Shown in pieces: positions 1 to 14,553 of a stretch of DNA of 64,000 nucleotides (its first letter is position 1; each line of letters opens with the position of its first letter). The translations under genes were made by a program, and so were the position numbers. The stretch lies in NCBI GenBank assembly GCA_030141605.1, contig JAQGDQ010000377.1, positions 1 through 64,000 of the forward strand, in the 5' to 3' direction. The DNA comes from Tubiluchus corallicola. Its lineage: Eukaryota > Animalia > Priapulida. The notes beneath the pieces are model-generated. The model ran no database searches. It was given only the letters and a program-made list of their open reading frames with translations, and was not told where the DNA came from.

Positions 1-415
1 GACGGGTCCTACTTGGGCTAGGCCATGTAAGACGGGTCCTACTTGGGCTAGGCCATGTAAGACGGGTCCTACTTGGGCTAGGCCATGTAAGACGGGTCCT
101 ACTTGGGCTAGGCCATGTAAGACGGGTCCTACTTGGGCTAGGCCATGTAAGACGGGTCCTACTTGGGCTAGGCCATGTAAGACGGGTCCTGCTTGGGCTA
201 GGCCATGTAAGACGGGTCCTACTTGGGCTAGGCCATGTAAGATGGGTCCTACTTGGGCAGCCCATGTAAGACGGGTCCTACTTGGGCTAGGCCATGTAAG
301 ACGGGTCCTACTTGGGCTAGGCCATGTAAGACGGGTCCTACTTGGGCTAGGCCATGTAAGACGGGTCCTACTTGGGCTAGGCCATGTAAGACGGGTCCTG
401 CTTGGGCCGCCCATG
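1..415. repeat. 30-bp tandem minisatellite (gacgggtcctacttgggctaggccatgtaa), about 14 copies, cut by the window edge
   Basis: Exact 30-nt periodicity seen directly. ORFs 242..511 and 253..441 are translations of the repeat. Confidence 0.97.
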
Positions 416-2699
416 TACACCATGTGCCCTACTTCGGCTAGTGTCCTACTCTGCTCTGAACCGTATATTGGTCTCATAAAAACAAGTGGCTATACAATTG
501 AAAGCCATTGACCAGACAAATCTCTACGTTGAAATGATTAAAATCGCTACTTTTTAAAGAAGAGAACTCTTCCTTCCCGTGATAAATAATCGTTTTGTAA
601 AATATTGAAGTGTAACTGTAGCAGTTATTATGTGTACAGTATGTATGTATGTATAATTATTATGAGTGATATGACTATACTATCCCTGCGTCCATTGAAG
701 ACATGTATGTTGCGTTTTTAGTACTAAAATAATGTAAATTTGACATTAACATTATAGGTAATTAAGTATATTGCAGTACACATTTTTGCTATCTTTTTTT
801 ACTATGTATAACATACATAATTTAAAGTATGTACAATTACTTGGCAATGTTAATAGTACAGGTAATTTACGGATCTCGTGTGCTGTCCAAGGTTACGGCT
901 CGCAGTCTGTCAGCAGCATCCAAATTTGCTGGTGATTTTAATGCAATTTAAATGTGTTTTTTGACAATTTTCTTCATGAAGGCATATCTAAACATAAAGA
1001 ACAAAAAGTTGTCCTATGTGGAGATTTCGCATACTTTTTACTTTCTTAAAATACTGAAGAATTTCAGTTTAGATACGACAAAAGTACATAAATTATTTCT
1101 AGACCAATGCACTATTTCTCTATTGTCCTAGTGTTAAGGACTTTTACTACTTTTATACAAAATAATGATGGCTAAATTGTATTATTTAATGTAAATTCGT
1201 TTATATTACATAATTTTTTTATTATATCCGTTGCGTGGTACTTTGCCGTTGCTATGGAGATTATGAGAATTGTACTTTACACGATAATGCTGCTTACTGC
1301 ATACTTTATTTGCTTGATTATGGACATCATGTATAACTTAATTGGTAAGGGGTATATAACAGTGAGTACAGTATCTTTTGACTTTATGTACACAATAATC
1401 ATGTTAATAAGCGTAATAATAAGTTATGCTGTTGCTAATTGTAAACACTTTAATATCTGTAGTTTTTTTTCATTTTCAAATTACATCTTATCGATTTGTG
1501 GCGATTTTAGTCCCTTGTTGACCTGTCTAATAGGCTAGGTTATTGATTTTTTGTGACAAAAGTCATTTCAACGATTTTTGTGTAAAACATGATCCTGAGA
1601 ATGTTTGGTTGGTAATTCATTGTTACAGTGCTGCCATCAATCGGGAAAAAATGAAATTATTTGCAGAAATTTGACAAAGACCGAAATGCCTTTTTTATAT
1701 TCAGTAATAAATTGTGGAGTTATTTTTTTATAGAGATACTTTTTGGCAAATCAAAGAGTTAAAATATTAATTATGTTTATTGTATAGTGCATTATTAGTA
1801 TCAAAAAATTTACTAGAGGTATTGGTGCATTGTTGTATTAACAATTCTTACCTATCTTAGTTGTGCAATAATATCTAATCGTACACTAATGCTGCTACAT
1901 ACAATCGTAAACTTGCTTTAGTCTATTGTAAATTTTATTATTGTAAACAAGCTTGGTTATGTATTTATTATACTGTAAAAATTTTAGATAATGGCAAACT
2001 GTTCATATGATATCCTTGTTCAACTCTTAATAAAGTTTCCGATAAATTTAATACTATTTTCAGCCTCTGGTGGTGTTTGTTATGAAGGTTAGTCTTGTAA
2101 TTCTTAGTTGTTCTGTTTCTCACTGGTTGACCTAAAACTTCATAGCAAAATTTAATTTCTGATGTTGCATTATCATAACTAAGTCTTACTGAAGCTATCA
2201 TATTAGTAGCATTCTTAAAGCTAAGCCACCGCAAACAGTTTAAAAAATGAACCTGCATTTTTGTTACAACACTACGAATGTAATCGTTAATCCTTGTAAT
2301 GTATACGCTCAAACCAAAGTTGCGTTCCCATATCTATGTTAGTTTATTCTGCAGAAATACAAATTTTCTGTAGTCTACAATTACTACATCTACAAATCTA
2401 CTGAAATAAAAGTGCTAAAAAATAAGTGCTACAGATTACTACGTTACACTAAAAGGCTAAAATGCATACATACATTGTTGGTCCAATATTGAGAAAAAGC
2501 CAGAATGTCAGTAAAAGGTAGCAGTATAATTATAAGTCAAATTTTAAATGTAACAAAGACGTGTGTACTTAACAAGTTCCACCTATACAATGTCAGAGTA
2601 GAAAAAGTAGTCTAGAGGTTGAGCTACAGTATATTGTGGCTTCTAATGCATATACTACCTTGAGAAGAGGTAATGGACCAAAACATTTGCACCTGCAAC

Positions 2700-3250
2700 A
2701 CTTGTGGATGCTGCCGTTAGTTCTGCATGTAGTATTGTCAAAGCGAAGCCACTACAAACAGTTTAAAAAATGAACCTACGTTTTTGTTACAACACCACAA
2801 ATGTAAAGGTTCATCATTGTGGATGCTATCATTAGTCTTGCATTCAGTATTCTTGAAACTAACCCACCACAAACAGTTTCAAAGAATGAACCGGTATGGA
2901 TGCTGTCATTAGTCTTGCATTCAGTATTCTTGAAACTAACCCACCACAAACAGTTTCAGAAAATGAACCTGTACGGATGCTGTCATTAGTTTTGCATTCA
3001 GTATTCTTGAAACTAACCCACCACAAACAGTTTAAAAAAATGAACCTGTATTGATGCTGTCATTAGTCTTGCATACAGTATTGTAGTAGTAGTAAATCTC
3101 CAGTAGTTATAATATAACTTTTGAGACAAATAGTTCTTCGACTGTAATTGCGACAAATAAATTGTTAAAGCTAAGCCACTACAAACAGTTTAAGAAACAA
3201 AGCTCATTTTTGCTACAAGCACCACAAATGTAGTGGTTTATCCTTGTTGC
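2700..3250. repeat. Degenerate tandem repeat of roughly 80-110 bp (ggatgctgtcattagtcttgcattcagtattcttgaaactaacccaccacaaacagttt)
   Basis: About 5 diverged copies, with a related copy near 2190-2300. Confidence 0.8.
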
Positions 3251-3605
3251 CATCAGTCTTGCAAACAAGAAATTGACAATAAAATTTAATGAATATTCTT
3301 AAACAACGGCAATCTGAGGCAGCATAATAGAAAATCTACAGACATTAATAACAACTTTGGATGAAGTTACGTGTTTTGATAAAATTTTAGGTCACCTATT
3401 AAGTCTGGCATGCAAAGTGACAGCGGTTATATGTCAAAAAGTAGATCCTGACTTGGTTTAGCGACAGTACCTCCATTTATTTTCAGCAGATTTGAATTAT
3501 CTTGTAAGCGCAAGAATTTACCAACTCGCCCTTCAGTTGGCATGGCTCACGTGGGAAAGAAAAAAGCAATCAGATCTCGTATTCGAATACGGACTTAGTT
3601 CTTAC

Positions 3606-3700
3606 ATACACTGTTCCCTCACTTATCGCGGGTGTTCTATTCCAGACCCACACGCGATAGGTGAATTTCCGCGAAGTAGGGACGCTATACTTATTTTAGT
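3606..3700 (+). mobile_element. Tc1/mariner-pogo (Tigger-like) element 5' end remnant
   Basis: tacactgttccctcacttatcgcggg...cgcgataggtgaatttccgcgaagtaggg resembles Tigger-type terminal sequence, recognised from memory. No matching right end seen. Confidence 0.5.
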
Positions 3701-5785
3701 AGTTATACATTATTTTAAGTCTTTATAACCCATGCCCCCCCCCCCCACCACCACCACCACACTCTTATACATAACCCTTTTCCATTCCTTTAATAACTGC
3801 GAAGCGAAAAAAAACAAATTGCACAGTAGCTGAGCGAATCAGGGACTGGGATACAGAGCAGCATTGTCTGATTGGTCGCTTTCCATTAATCAACCAATCG
3901 TGTGTTGTGTACAATCTCACATCGGCAAGTAGCATCTCAAGCGGGCGCAAGTACTACATTTCGTTTTTAGCGTGTATTCATCCGCCGAATAAATACAGTA
4001 AATGGTATTTTTTATGATTTATAATATTCTTTTATTGTTAGCTATTAAAAGATGACAGTTTTGAGAAATAACAAGAGAGAGACTGCAAAGCCTGTTTCTT
4101 GTGTTTGTTGCCTTGTGCCGCCACCTATTTCAAGAAAATCGAAATTTGACGTCATCATTTTCCCCTTCATGTCTTTTGTAGAAATTGGGCAGGCAGAATT
4201 CTAAAATAAAAGAAGTCTGCCCTAGAGAGAGGTAAACACAGCAGCGATCTAGTAAAAAAAATCAAACACTGCTATGCCATGGGCACCACTTCCGATTTGC
4301 AAGTCAGAATGTAACTGGAATGAAGTCGTAAACAATCAGACTGTCATGCCATCTATTGGTGAAAAATACAAAGAAAACATACCGCTAAAGATCAATTTTT
4401 CACATTTATTTACAGTGTATAAAATTTAAAAAACATTCTAGAAAATTAGATAATTACTATATTAATTAATTGAATCACACATGTATATATAGATATATAT
4501 ATATATAAATATATATATTAAAAAAGTTGCTTTACCGTTGATCTTTTCAATTACCTTGACAATAATATCAGTATGAAGCATAAAAATATCTTAAAATTTG
4601 GCTTCTATTAGAAGCTCCTATCTATAGGCCTATGTCAATTAAACAAATTTTAATACTTGATTAAACTCATAAATAATTTTCCAAAATCAATTAAGGTTAC
4701 AATTAATAAGTCTCGTTGATTAATTACACTAAAATGTACTGCTTAAACACACGCTGTAGAGTTTTAATTACAAAAACAAAATGAATTTTAATAAACTCAT
4801 AAACTGTGGATAGAGTATTCGACTTGCAGATGTAGTGAGCACTGTTTTAGCAGCGCCATCTACATTACACATCGAATAATTGTGTAGGAACAGTAGAAAA
4901 GTTCTATTCATTTGCACTTAGAGAAGAACGTGCAAAAAAATAGAAATAGATTGTATAAAAAGTTCATTACTCCACAACGTAATCTCACTACTGCATAAAA
5001 AACAATATGTCTTGCTTGCAAACCAAAACTTTCCATAAGTCGGCATAGTTATAACTGTGTTATGATGCTTCAAAGCAGAATGCATTAAAATTTTGTTCTA
5101 ACGTTAATTTTTCATTCTTTATAAAACAAAAGCTAAAGATATTGGACTTTTATATTCTAGCATCGAATTACCAAGAAAATGTACAAAAAATAATAAAAAT
5201 TTAATTTTATAACCCCTTGTCAATTTCTTTACCTACAAACTTGTACTGCAATTGCAAAAAACTTGTATTTTCAAACTCCGATTGCAGCTCATGGAAATCA
5301 TTTTGCTTCGAGATTTTTCTCTTGTCAAGCCCAAATAGTAGGTAGAGCCATCTACTGGATTTAACAGTGACTTTCTCAAGATTATGTTTTTCAGTGCGCA
5401 GCTTGCAACTCAACTTCAGTGTGGATTATTTCAGCTTAAAAATAAGATAGAGCAATAAACTTGGTATCAAAATGATCCGCGTTAAACGGAGAGTCAGGAT
5501 ACGTGAATAATTAGAAATGCTTAATTGCCGACTTATGGATGATTTTGATACGCAAGCACACATGTATTTTCACTACAGCATAGACGAATAGAGAGAGATG
5601 TACCAGTTTGCATTCAAAATAATCGAACAACCACATCTAATGCACAAGTAATTTCTTGTCTTAATGACAAAAATGCTAATTTTTCCTTGAAAGTTTAAAC
5701 TATTAAGCCTAAACACATTCAGTTCTTTGATTACAGACAAATAAGATTATTCTTGAATCTTTTCAAACATGAAAATGTCCGCATA

Positions 5786-8259
<2,474 letters not shown>

Positions 8260-8927
8260 GTCGAATTTTAACAGTTGTAAACACGGGTACAGTACGCGCA
8301 ACACACGAAGGTAAACACAGCAGCTTGACTCACTATATTTTCTTAACTAACAACTGACACGATCACACCTCAAAACAGAATCAAAAACTTCTTAATCAAC
8401 GGTGTTAAAATGTTTACGACATGATGAGAAAATTCAGTCAAGCACACATAGTAAAATTACGCTAAAATCGCCGTAGTCAAACAAACAACATTTTAAAACC
8501 CTCTCGCCATTACAAAGCGTGACAAAGGGCGTCAACGTTTTTAGTTCAGATCGTTACCGCCAGGTGACGGTTGCTACCTGTGCAGGTGAAATTCGCGAAG
8601 AACTTAGAAAGCATTATAGAATGTGTCACGGAGAATGTTTGATACATTTAAAAATCTGTTATTATTTTGCATTTTGCAAGTTGCAAATGTCAATGTCCAC
8701 TGTTTTTGTAGCGTTAGCTTTGCATCTGACGTATTTGTTTTTTATAGTGCTTTTATGCACTGATGAATGTCAATATGCAAATGTAATTTTTTATTAAAAT
8801 TTCTGATGTTCAAAATTTTTAGAAGACAAATAGAAATTATTACATAGCGCAAAAAATGTAAGCTACATTACTGTAGCTTTTAGTACCTATTTAACTATAC
8901 TATCTAGTTATTATAATTATCATTATT

Positions 8928-9098
<171 letters not shown>

Positions 9099-9829
9099 CA
9101 TGATGTTTAAATATTAATTATTTAATTATATAAATAATAATTTTTATATTATATATTTTATTTATTAAATTATTATTATTAATTATGAGATTGAAGTTCA
9201 ATGATAATTCTACACTTCGTGTGGCTAATAAATTTGCCAAATTTTAACCAAGATGACACGCCATAATCTCGTCCTTTGGTAAAAGTGACAAGTTTGTAAT
9301 TACTGGAAGAAATGTAGGCAATAATATGACCAAATAATTTTCAAAATTAAAAAAAATATCTATGCTTTATTAAAACTTTTTATTTACGTAGTCGAAAATC
9401 ATGTCAAAGGTTTACAATTTACAGTATAGAGCATTAAAATATAGAACTAATAATGTATTTAACAGTGACATTTATTACCTATTTCCTTTCTTTAAATACA
9501 TAAATGCATAATGTTCTATACTGCAAGCTCTGCCTATATAAACTGGTGTATGTTCGTAAAAATGTACCACTGATGATGACAGCAGTAGCTCTGTCGAAAC
9601 GTTTGACATGATTTTTTAACTATGTAAATTAACAGTTTTAACTCGTGATGTCTTAAGTATAAATATTTTTGAAATACTGTAAAGAAAAAAAACGAAAAAA
9701 TATCATTCAATGTACGACTTGTTAGTTTTAAAATAACCAAATTTCTAGTCTAGGACCTAACAGCGCTGTACAAGTACGGCCTGGGGCTTACATTATGAAA
9801 AAAGATATCAGTAAGATTACAACTATACT

Positions 9830-10065
9830 CAGGGCTTATTTCAGCCTAAGCGAGGCCCGGGGAAGTGGGGTGTGTGAGGCCTCCTCGGGGAAATTTTTGA
9901 ACTGCTAGAACGCCGGAGAAGCATTTTCGAAGAGAAAATATGGAGTTATACAGTATGTTCGCATAAAGCAAAAAAAAATAATGTTACCTCGGCGCGAGGC
10001 CCCCCTGGAGGGTGAGGCCCCGGGGAAGTATCCCCACTCCCCCCCCCCCCTTGAAATAGGCCCTG
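9830..10065. mobile_element. hAT-type non-autonomous element (MITE)
   Basis: TIRs cagggcttatttca / tgaaataggccctg; 8-bp target-site duplication actatact at 9822-9829 and 10066-10073. Confidence 0.9.
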
Positions 10066-10476
10066 ACTATACTAGACACTTCCTATAGTAAGAACAGCGG
10101 TCTAGCAGTTTTTCTGAAAAAATAAACATTTTATTAGTGGAATATCAGGCTGTGTTCATTTGTGGTATAACTATAATGTGTAAAATTTAAAAATCCTGCA
10201 TAGTTTTGTAAATACCAACGACAAAGCCAAAAATTTCTAGGCGTCATGAATCATCTCACAAATAAGAACTTTCATAGATCGTTAGTAAAACGTTTCTAGG
10301 TCGCTCAAGCTTCTGCGTGATTGGCTGGCTGCTTCACTGAAACGTAGTGGGCACGTTTTCAGCGTTTGTCCACCTTCTGCGCGTGCGCTGTAGTGACAGC
10401 GCCTGCGCAATACACGGATATCGACGTACAGCCGACGTTTGCTCGACGTAGCGTATACGTTGCAGTCATGCGGTAG

Positions 10477-10513
10477 TATTTAAATGCAGGGAGCTACGTG
10501 GTTGAATTCATTC
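10477..10513 (+). promoter_or_regulatory. TATA box plus initiator of the small HSP gene
   Basis: TATTTAAA at 10477-10484 and TCATTC (fits Inr TCAKTY) at 10508-10513, about 31 nt apart. ATG at 10677; AATAAA near 11828 and 11852. Confidence 0.65.
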
Positions 10514-10676
10514 ACAACTTTGCTAAGCTAAGAGACGAGTTGCTGAAATTTTAGTGCATAAACAGGTTTCAAGTGTCAGTTTATATTTCTACCGTGTTGA
10601 GCGCATTACATCAAAGTGAACAAAGCATTCGTGATTCGTTGTATCTTTATAAAGAAAATCATTACGGTATATTACA

Positions 10677-11504
10677 ATGGAAGGCGAATATGATATGATG
10701 CACCATTGCTATACAGCAGAGACTGATCCAGCAGCTGAAGATCCACATGGAGCACACATGCATCCACCACCACATGGTCCCCCTCCATTCGCACACGCCG
10801 GTTGGGGTTACTATGGACCACCACATCCACATGGATTTGGCTATTACGGATACCCACCACATTCCGCATTTCATCACCATCCACCGCATCCACCATTCCA
10901 CCCACCGTCACCTCATGGGGAAGGAGCAGCTCGAGGTGGATTCGGATTTGGTCATGGACGCAGAATGTTTGGCCGTCATGGTCGTGGACTCGCTCGTGGG
11001 ATTGGACCGATGGGAATGGGACGTTCCTGTGGAGAAGCTGGAACTTTGACCAGAGAGCTACGTATAAAGAGCCACACCATGCAGGCTTTCAAACAAAGCA
11101 GTGGATCGCTGAAGTGGGACTTTACGGATCCAGCTAAGAAAGGAACGGAAGCGGAGCAGAAGGTAGAGCGACCATTTGTCGTAAGATGTTTCACGTTCGC
11201 CATACCAAAAGAAGATTTGACAGTTACAGTTTTGGAAAACGTCCTGCACATTTGTGGAAAACACGGAGACAAAGAAAGCGGAAGTTACATCGAATTTGAG
11301 CGGAAGTACCACCTCCCGGACGGCGTGGATGCCTCAAAACTCAAAACCCGCTTGAGATGTGGAATGCTCGTCGTAAGAGAGGAGAACGCTCCCATGGAAA
11401 TACCAGTGGTTGTTGCTGGTGATGATGACGATGACCATGACAGCGATGATGGTGACGACAATGCTGACGAATTCGAGATTACTGATGGGCACGAGAAGAA
11501 ATGA
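10677..11504 (+). CDS. Small heat-shock protein (HSP20/alpha-crystallin domain), intronless, His/Pro/Gly-rich N-terminus, acidic tail, 275 aa
   Basis: Alpha-crystallin-like segment IPKEDLTVTVLENVLHICGKH...YIEFERKYHLPDGVDASKLKTRLRCGMLVV followed by an IXI/V-type motif (EIPV). Single ATG-initiated ORF with a TATA/Inr upstream. Confidence 0.9.
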   Translation: MEGEYDMMHHCYTAETDPAAEDPHGAHMHPPPHGPPPFAHAGWGYYGPPHPHGFGYYGYPPHSAFHHHPPHPPFHPPSPHGEGAARGGFGFGHGRRMFGRHGRGLARGIGPMGMGRSCGEAGTLTRELRIKSHTMQAFKQSSGSLKWDFTDPAKKGTEAEQKVERPFVVRCFTFAIPKEDLTVTVLENVLHICGKHGDKESGSYIEFERKYHLPDGVDASKLKTRLRCGMLVVREENAPMEIPVVVAGDDDDDHDSDDGDDNADEFEITDGHEKK

Positions 11505-14500
11505 TAATTCTTGTTAAAGTCTGATTTTTCTTAAAATGAAAAAAACTGTTGCATGTTAAAATGATGAAAATTTGAAGGAGAATTAATTCTTTTGTGTGAT
11601 TGGCTATTGCAAAAAACTGTAGCATTGATGTGTTGTTGTTAACCTGCATATTAAAGTATGTTACTATTCTTATATAACGTGTTGTTGTAGAAACTTAGTC
11701 TGTTATATTGTAAAATCTACTGTTATATAACAGACTAAACTGTTTTACGTGTTATGACAAGGTCGTGAGGCCTATATTGACTTTTCAGTATTTCAGTGTC
11801 CGATGTAGTGACTGCTGAGACGAAAAAAATAAAATTCATTGTGACGTTTAAAATAAAGAGCTGTTCAAGTGTTTATGTTTCATTGTATTTTATTTTAAAA
11901 TGTCAATAATTATTACAACGTAACATAACATAACATAATGTAACATAATATAACATAATCTTTATTTTTATCTTGACACACATTATAAAGTTGCACCGTA
12001 TGTAACCGTTTTTTTAAAGAATGAAGAGCCAGAGAAAGGACAAGTGGTGACCTGGTCAACTGCCCCGGTATACTAGTAGTAATATCGTTTATTAGTGATA
12101 CTGTGTTATTAACTAAATAAATATATCAACTAAATAAGTCGCTGTACAAGAATTACGAAAAAACGGGCAATTTATATACAGAGTGGCTGGTGGATTTAGT
12201 GAGAATGAATTTGGACATTTCTGATTTAGACAGGTTTAAGCAGTGAGCACATTTAGCTCATTTTACGTAAAATTTAATGGTACTGATTATAACGAATTAG
12301 CAGCCGGTTTTAGATATTAAACGCCACACATATATGTGCATTGATTAACAAACCATGCAGCTAGAAATATACCACAGACAATAATTAGGTACCAATCTTG
12401 ACCATTAAAGAAGAAGAAGAAGACTGAACTGTCAGTCATGGGGCGTCATAGTGACTTGATACACCCCTGTCTGGAGCTGATTTTAGTTATTCCTGCGTGC
12501 TACAAAAGGTCAAACCAAAGTTAGAGCACAGTGGTGTTCTCGTACGCATAGTTCCGGCTGGCGGTTTGGACATAATTATTTTGAAGACTCATATTAAAGT
12601 TATTCCAAAATCGAGTGCTCGCCATGTTGCAGGTTAGTTACTGCAGTACGTGTACATTTCCCTGTACAGGTCTGTAAAGTTTGAACTCAAATAGGAGGAA
12701 ACAAACACCCCACAATTTGGAACCATAACTATAAACTACTGAGATTTTCATTTTAATTCGACCAATCCCTTGCTGAAAAATTTCCCTTATGTCTTTGATA
12801 AATAATTATGACATAAAAGTAAATTTAAAATATTTTTTGTATTTTTTTTAAATTATGAAGAATGTCACAATTTTACTGAAATGTTATCTATAACCTGTGA
12901 GTTAGTAGTTTGTGTATTGCTGTAAATAATATGACTGTTAGATCCCTATCGGAAATGATGCCTCAAATTGCTTTGTCACGTGCATTTCACCTGTTTAATT
13001 TTAATCGTTATTGTACTGTAAATTTGTATTTACTCTATTTTAATTAATTTAAGTGATTTCAATTAAAAAATAACAATAATAGAAATACATAAACATTAAG
13101 CAAGAGTAATTGTATTTTTACTATAGATAGTTAACACAAAAAACGTATTCATTTATTAGGTTATAATCTAATTTTCCCTGATCTCAATTAGTCAGCTTAA
13201 AATGACAACGATTTTACAGTTCCTTTAAGGAAGTGCGCGTGAGAAAAAGGGAGAGCTATGACAATTGCCACGATGCCCCGTATTGCTTGTGCCACGTTTG
13301 TTTAATTTTTGGTGTGAAACTTTTTCTTTTTAGTGTTTATGTTTTTGCTGGTTATTTAGGGGACAACTTAGTAGCTACTAAGTTCACTTGTCTTTAGTCG
13401 AATTCAGTCTTTCATACAGTACACTGGTGGCTCCAACAGGAATTATAGTGGGTTATTACAGCTAGAATTAGAAATAGAAGTTTCAATTAATTTTTCCCGT
13501 TTCTGTGTCGTAAACAGTGGCAGTTATGGTTCTTTTGTGATTATTTGCAAAATCTGTCTGATTATTATTCGTTTCATTGTCCGTTTTTTCACCATATAAA
13601 ACTTAAATTAATCTGCAGCTTTAACATCTATATCTGATATACATACCACCTCATTATTTTTTGGCGACATTATGCCACTTGTTTGCTTCGTTTGATATAT
13701 TAAGTCTGCTAAATTTTGCACATCGTGTTTTGATAGTCAAAAGTGATAGCCAAGAAGATTTTTTGCAATAAATGCTGCTAATTCTGTAGACTTATTTTTG
13801 CTAGAACGCTGTGTTACATTCAATTTAAATTTTTGTTAGCCATTTATGTTTGTATAAATAGCTTTGATATAAGCTGTTTTCTTGTTTGCTTTGCTTTGAG
13901 CTGATTTTTTGCTTGCTTTTTGTTTTGCTTTACCTTGAACTGATTTTTGATTTTCGTTTGCCTTTTGCTTTGCTTTTGGATTACTAGTATTTTTATTATA
14001 ATTGTTAGATGCAGAGTGGTAACAAATAAATTTATAAACTTATAAACTTAATATAAACTAATAAACATATATATTATATCATATTATATATATAAAAATA
14101 GATAAGTAGTGAGGTAAAATTAATGTGCTATATATTAAGTCTGCTTAGATTAAATCACAATTATAAAATATGTCTACAAGACAAATAAAACAAATATTTA
14201 CGCATGCAACAGAGAACAAAATCTGAATCTCTATCTGTACAAGTAGATAAGTGTTCAGAACACTGCTTAGCACTCGCAGCTTTAACAAAACCAGACGCAC
14301 ATATTTTTGAGCACACAATGCGGAACACTGCGAACACTGCAAAATCTAAATTAAAATGAGATTGAGTCTAATCACTTGTCCGGTTTTCCTTTAAGTATTT
14401 TGTGACTATGAAATTCGTTATTTTTCTTAATTATAGGTAATTAACTGGCTAGCAGTTGATGAAGAGAACATAGATTTGGCGACTCGCAGCCACAGAAGTT

Positions 14501-14553
14501 CTACAAGTTCGACAGCTGAAACACAAACCATTTTCATAGCCTCGAGTCTTATT

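Noticed and set aside
10225-10320. Heat-shock element upstream of the small HSP
   Set aside because: Only one GAAnnTTC (10266-10273) with imperfect neighbours; no clear three-unit nGAAn array.
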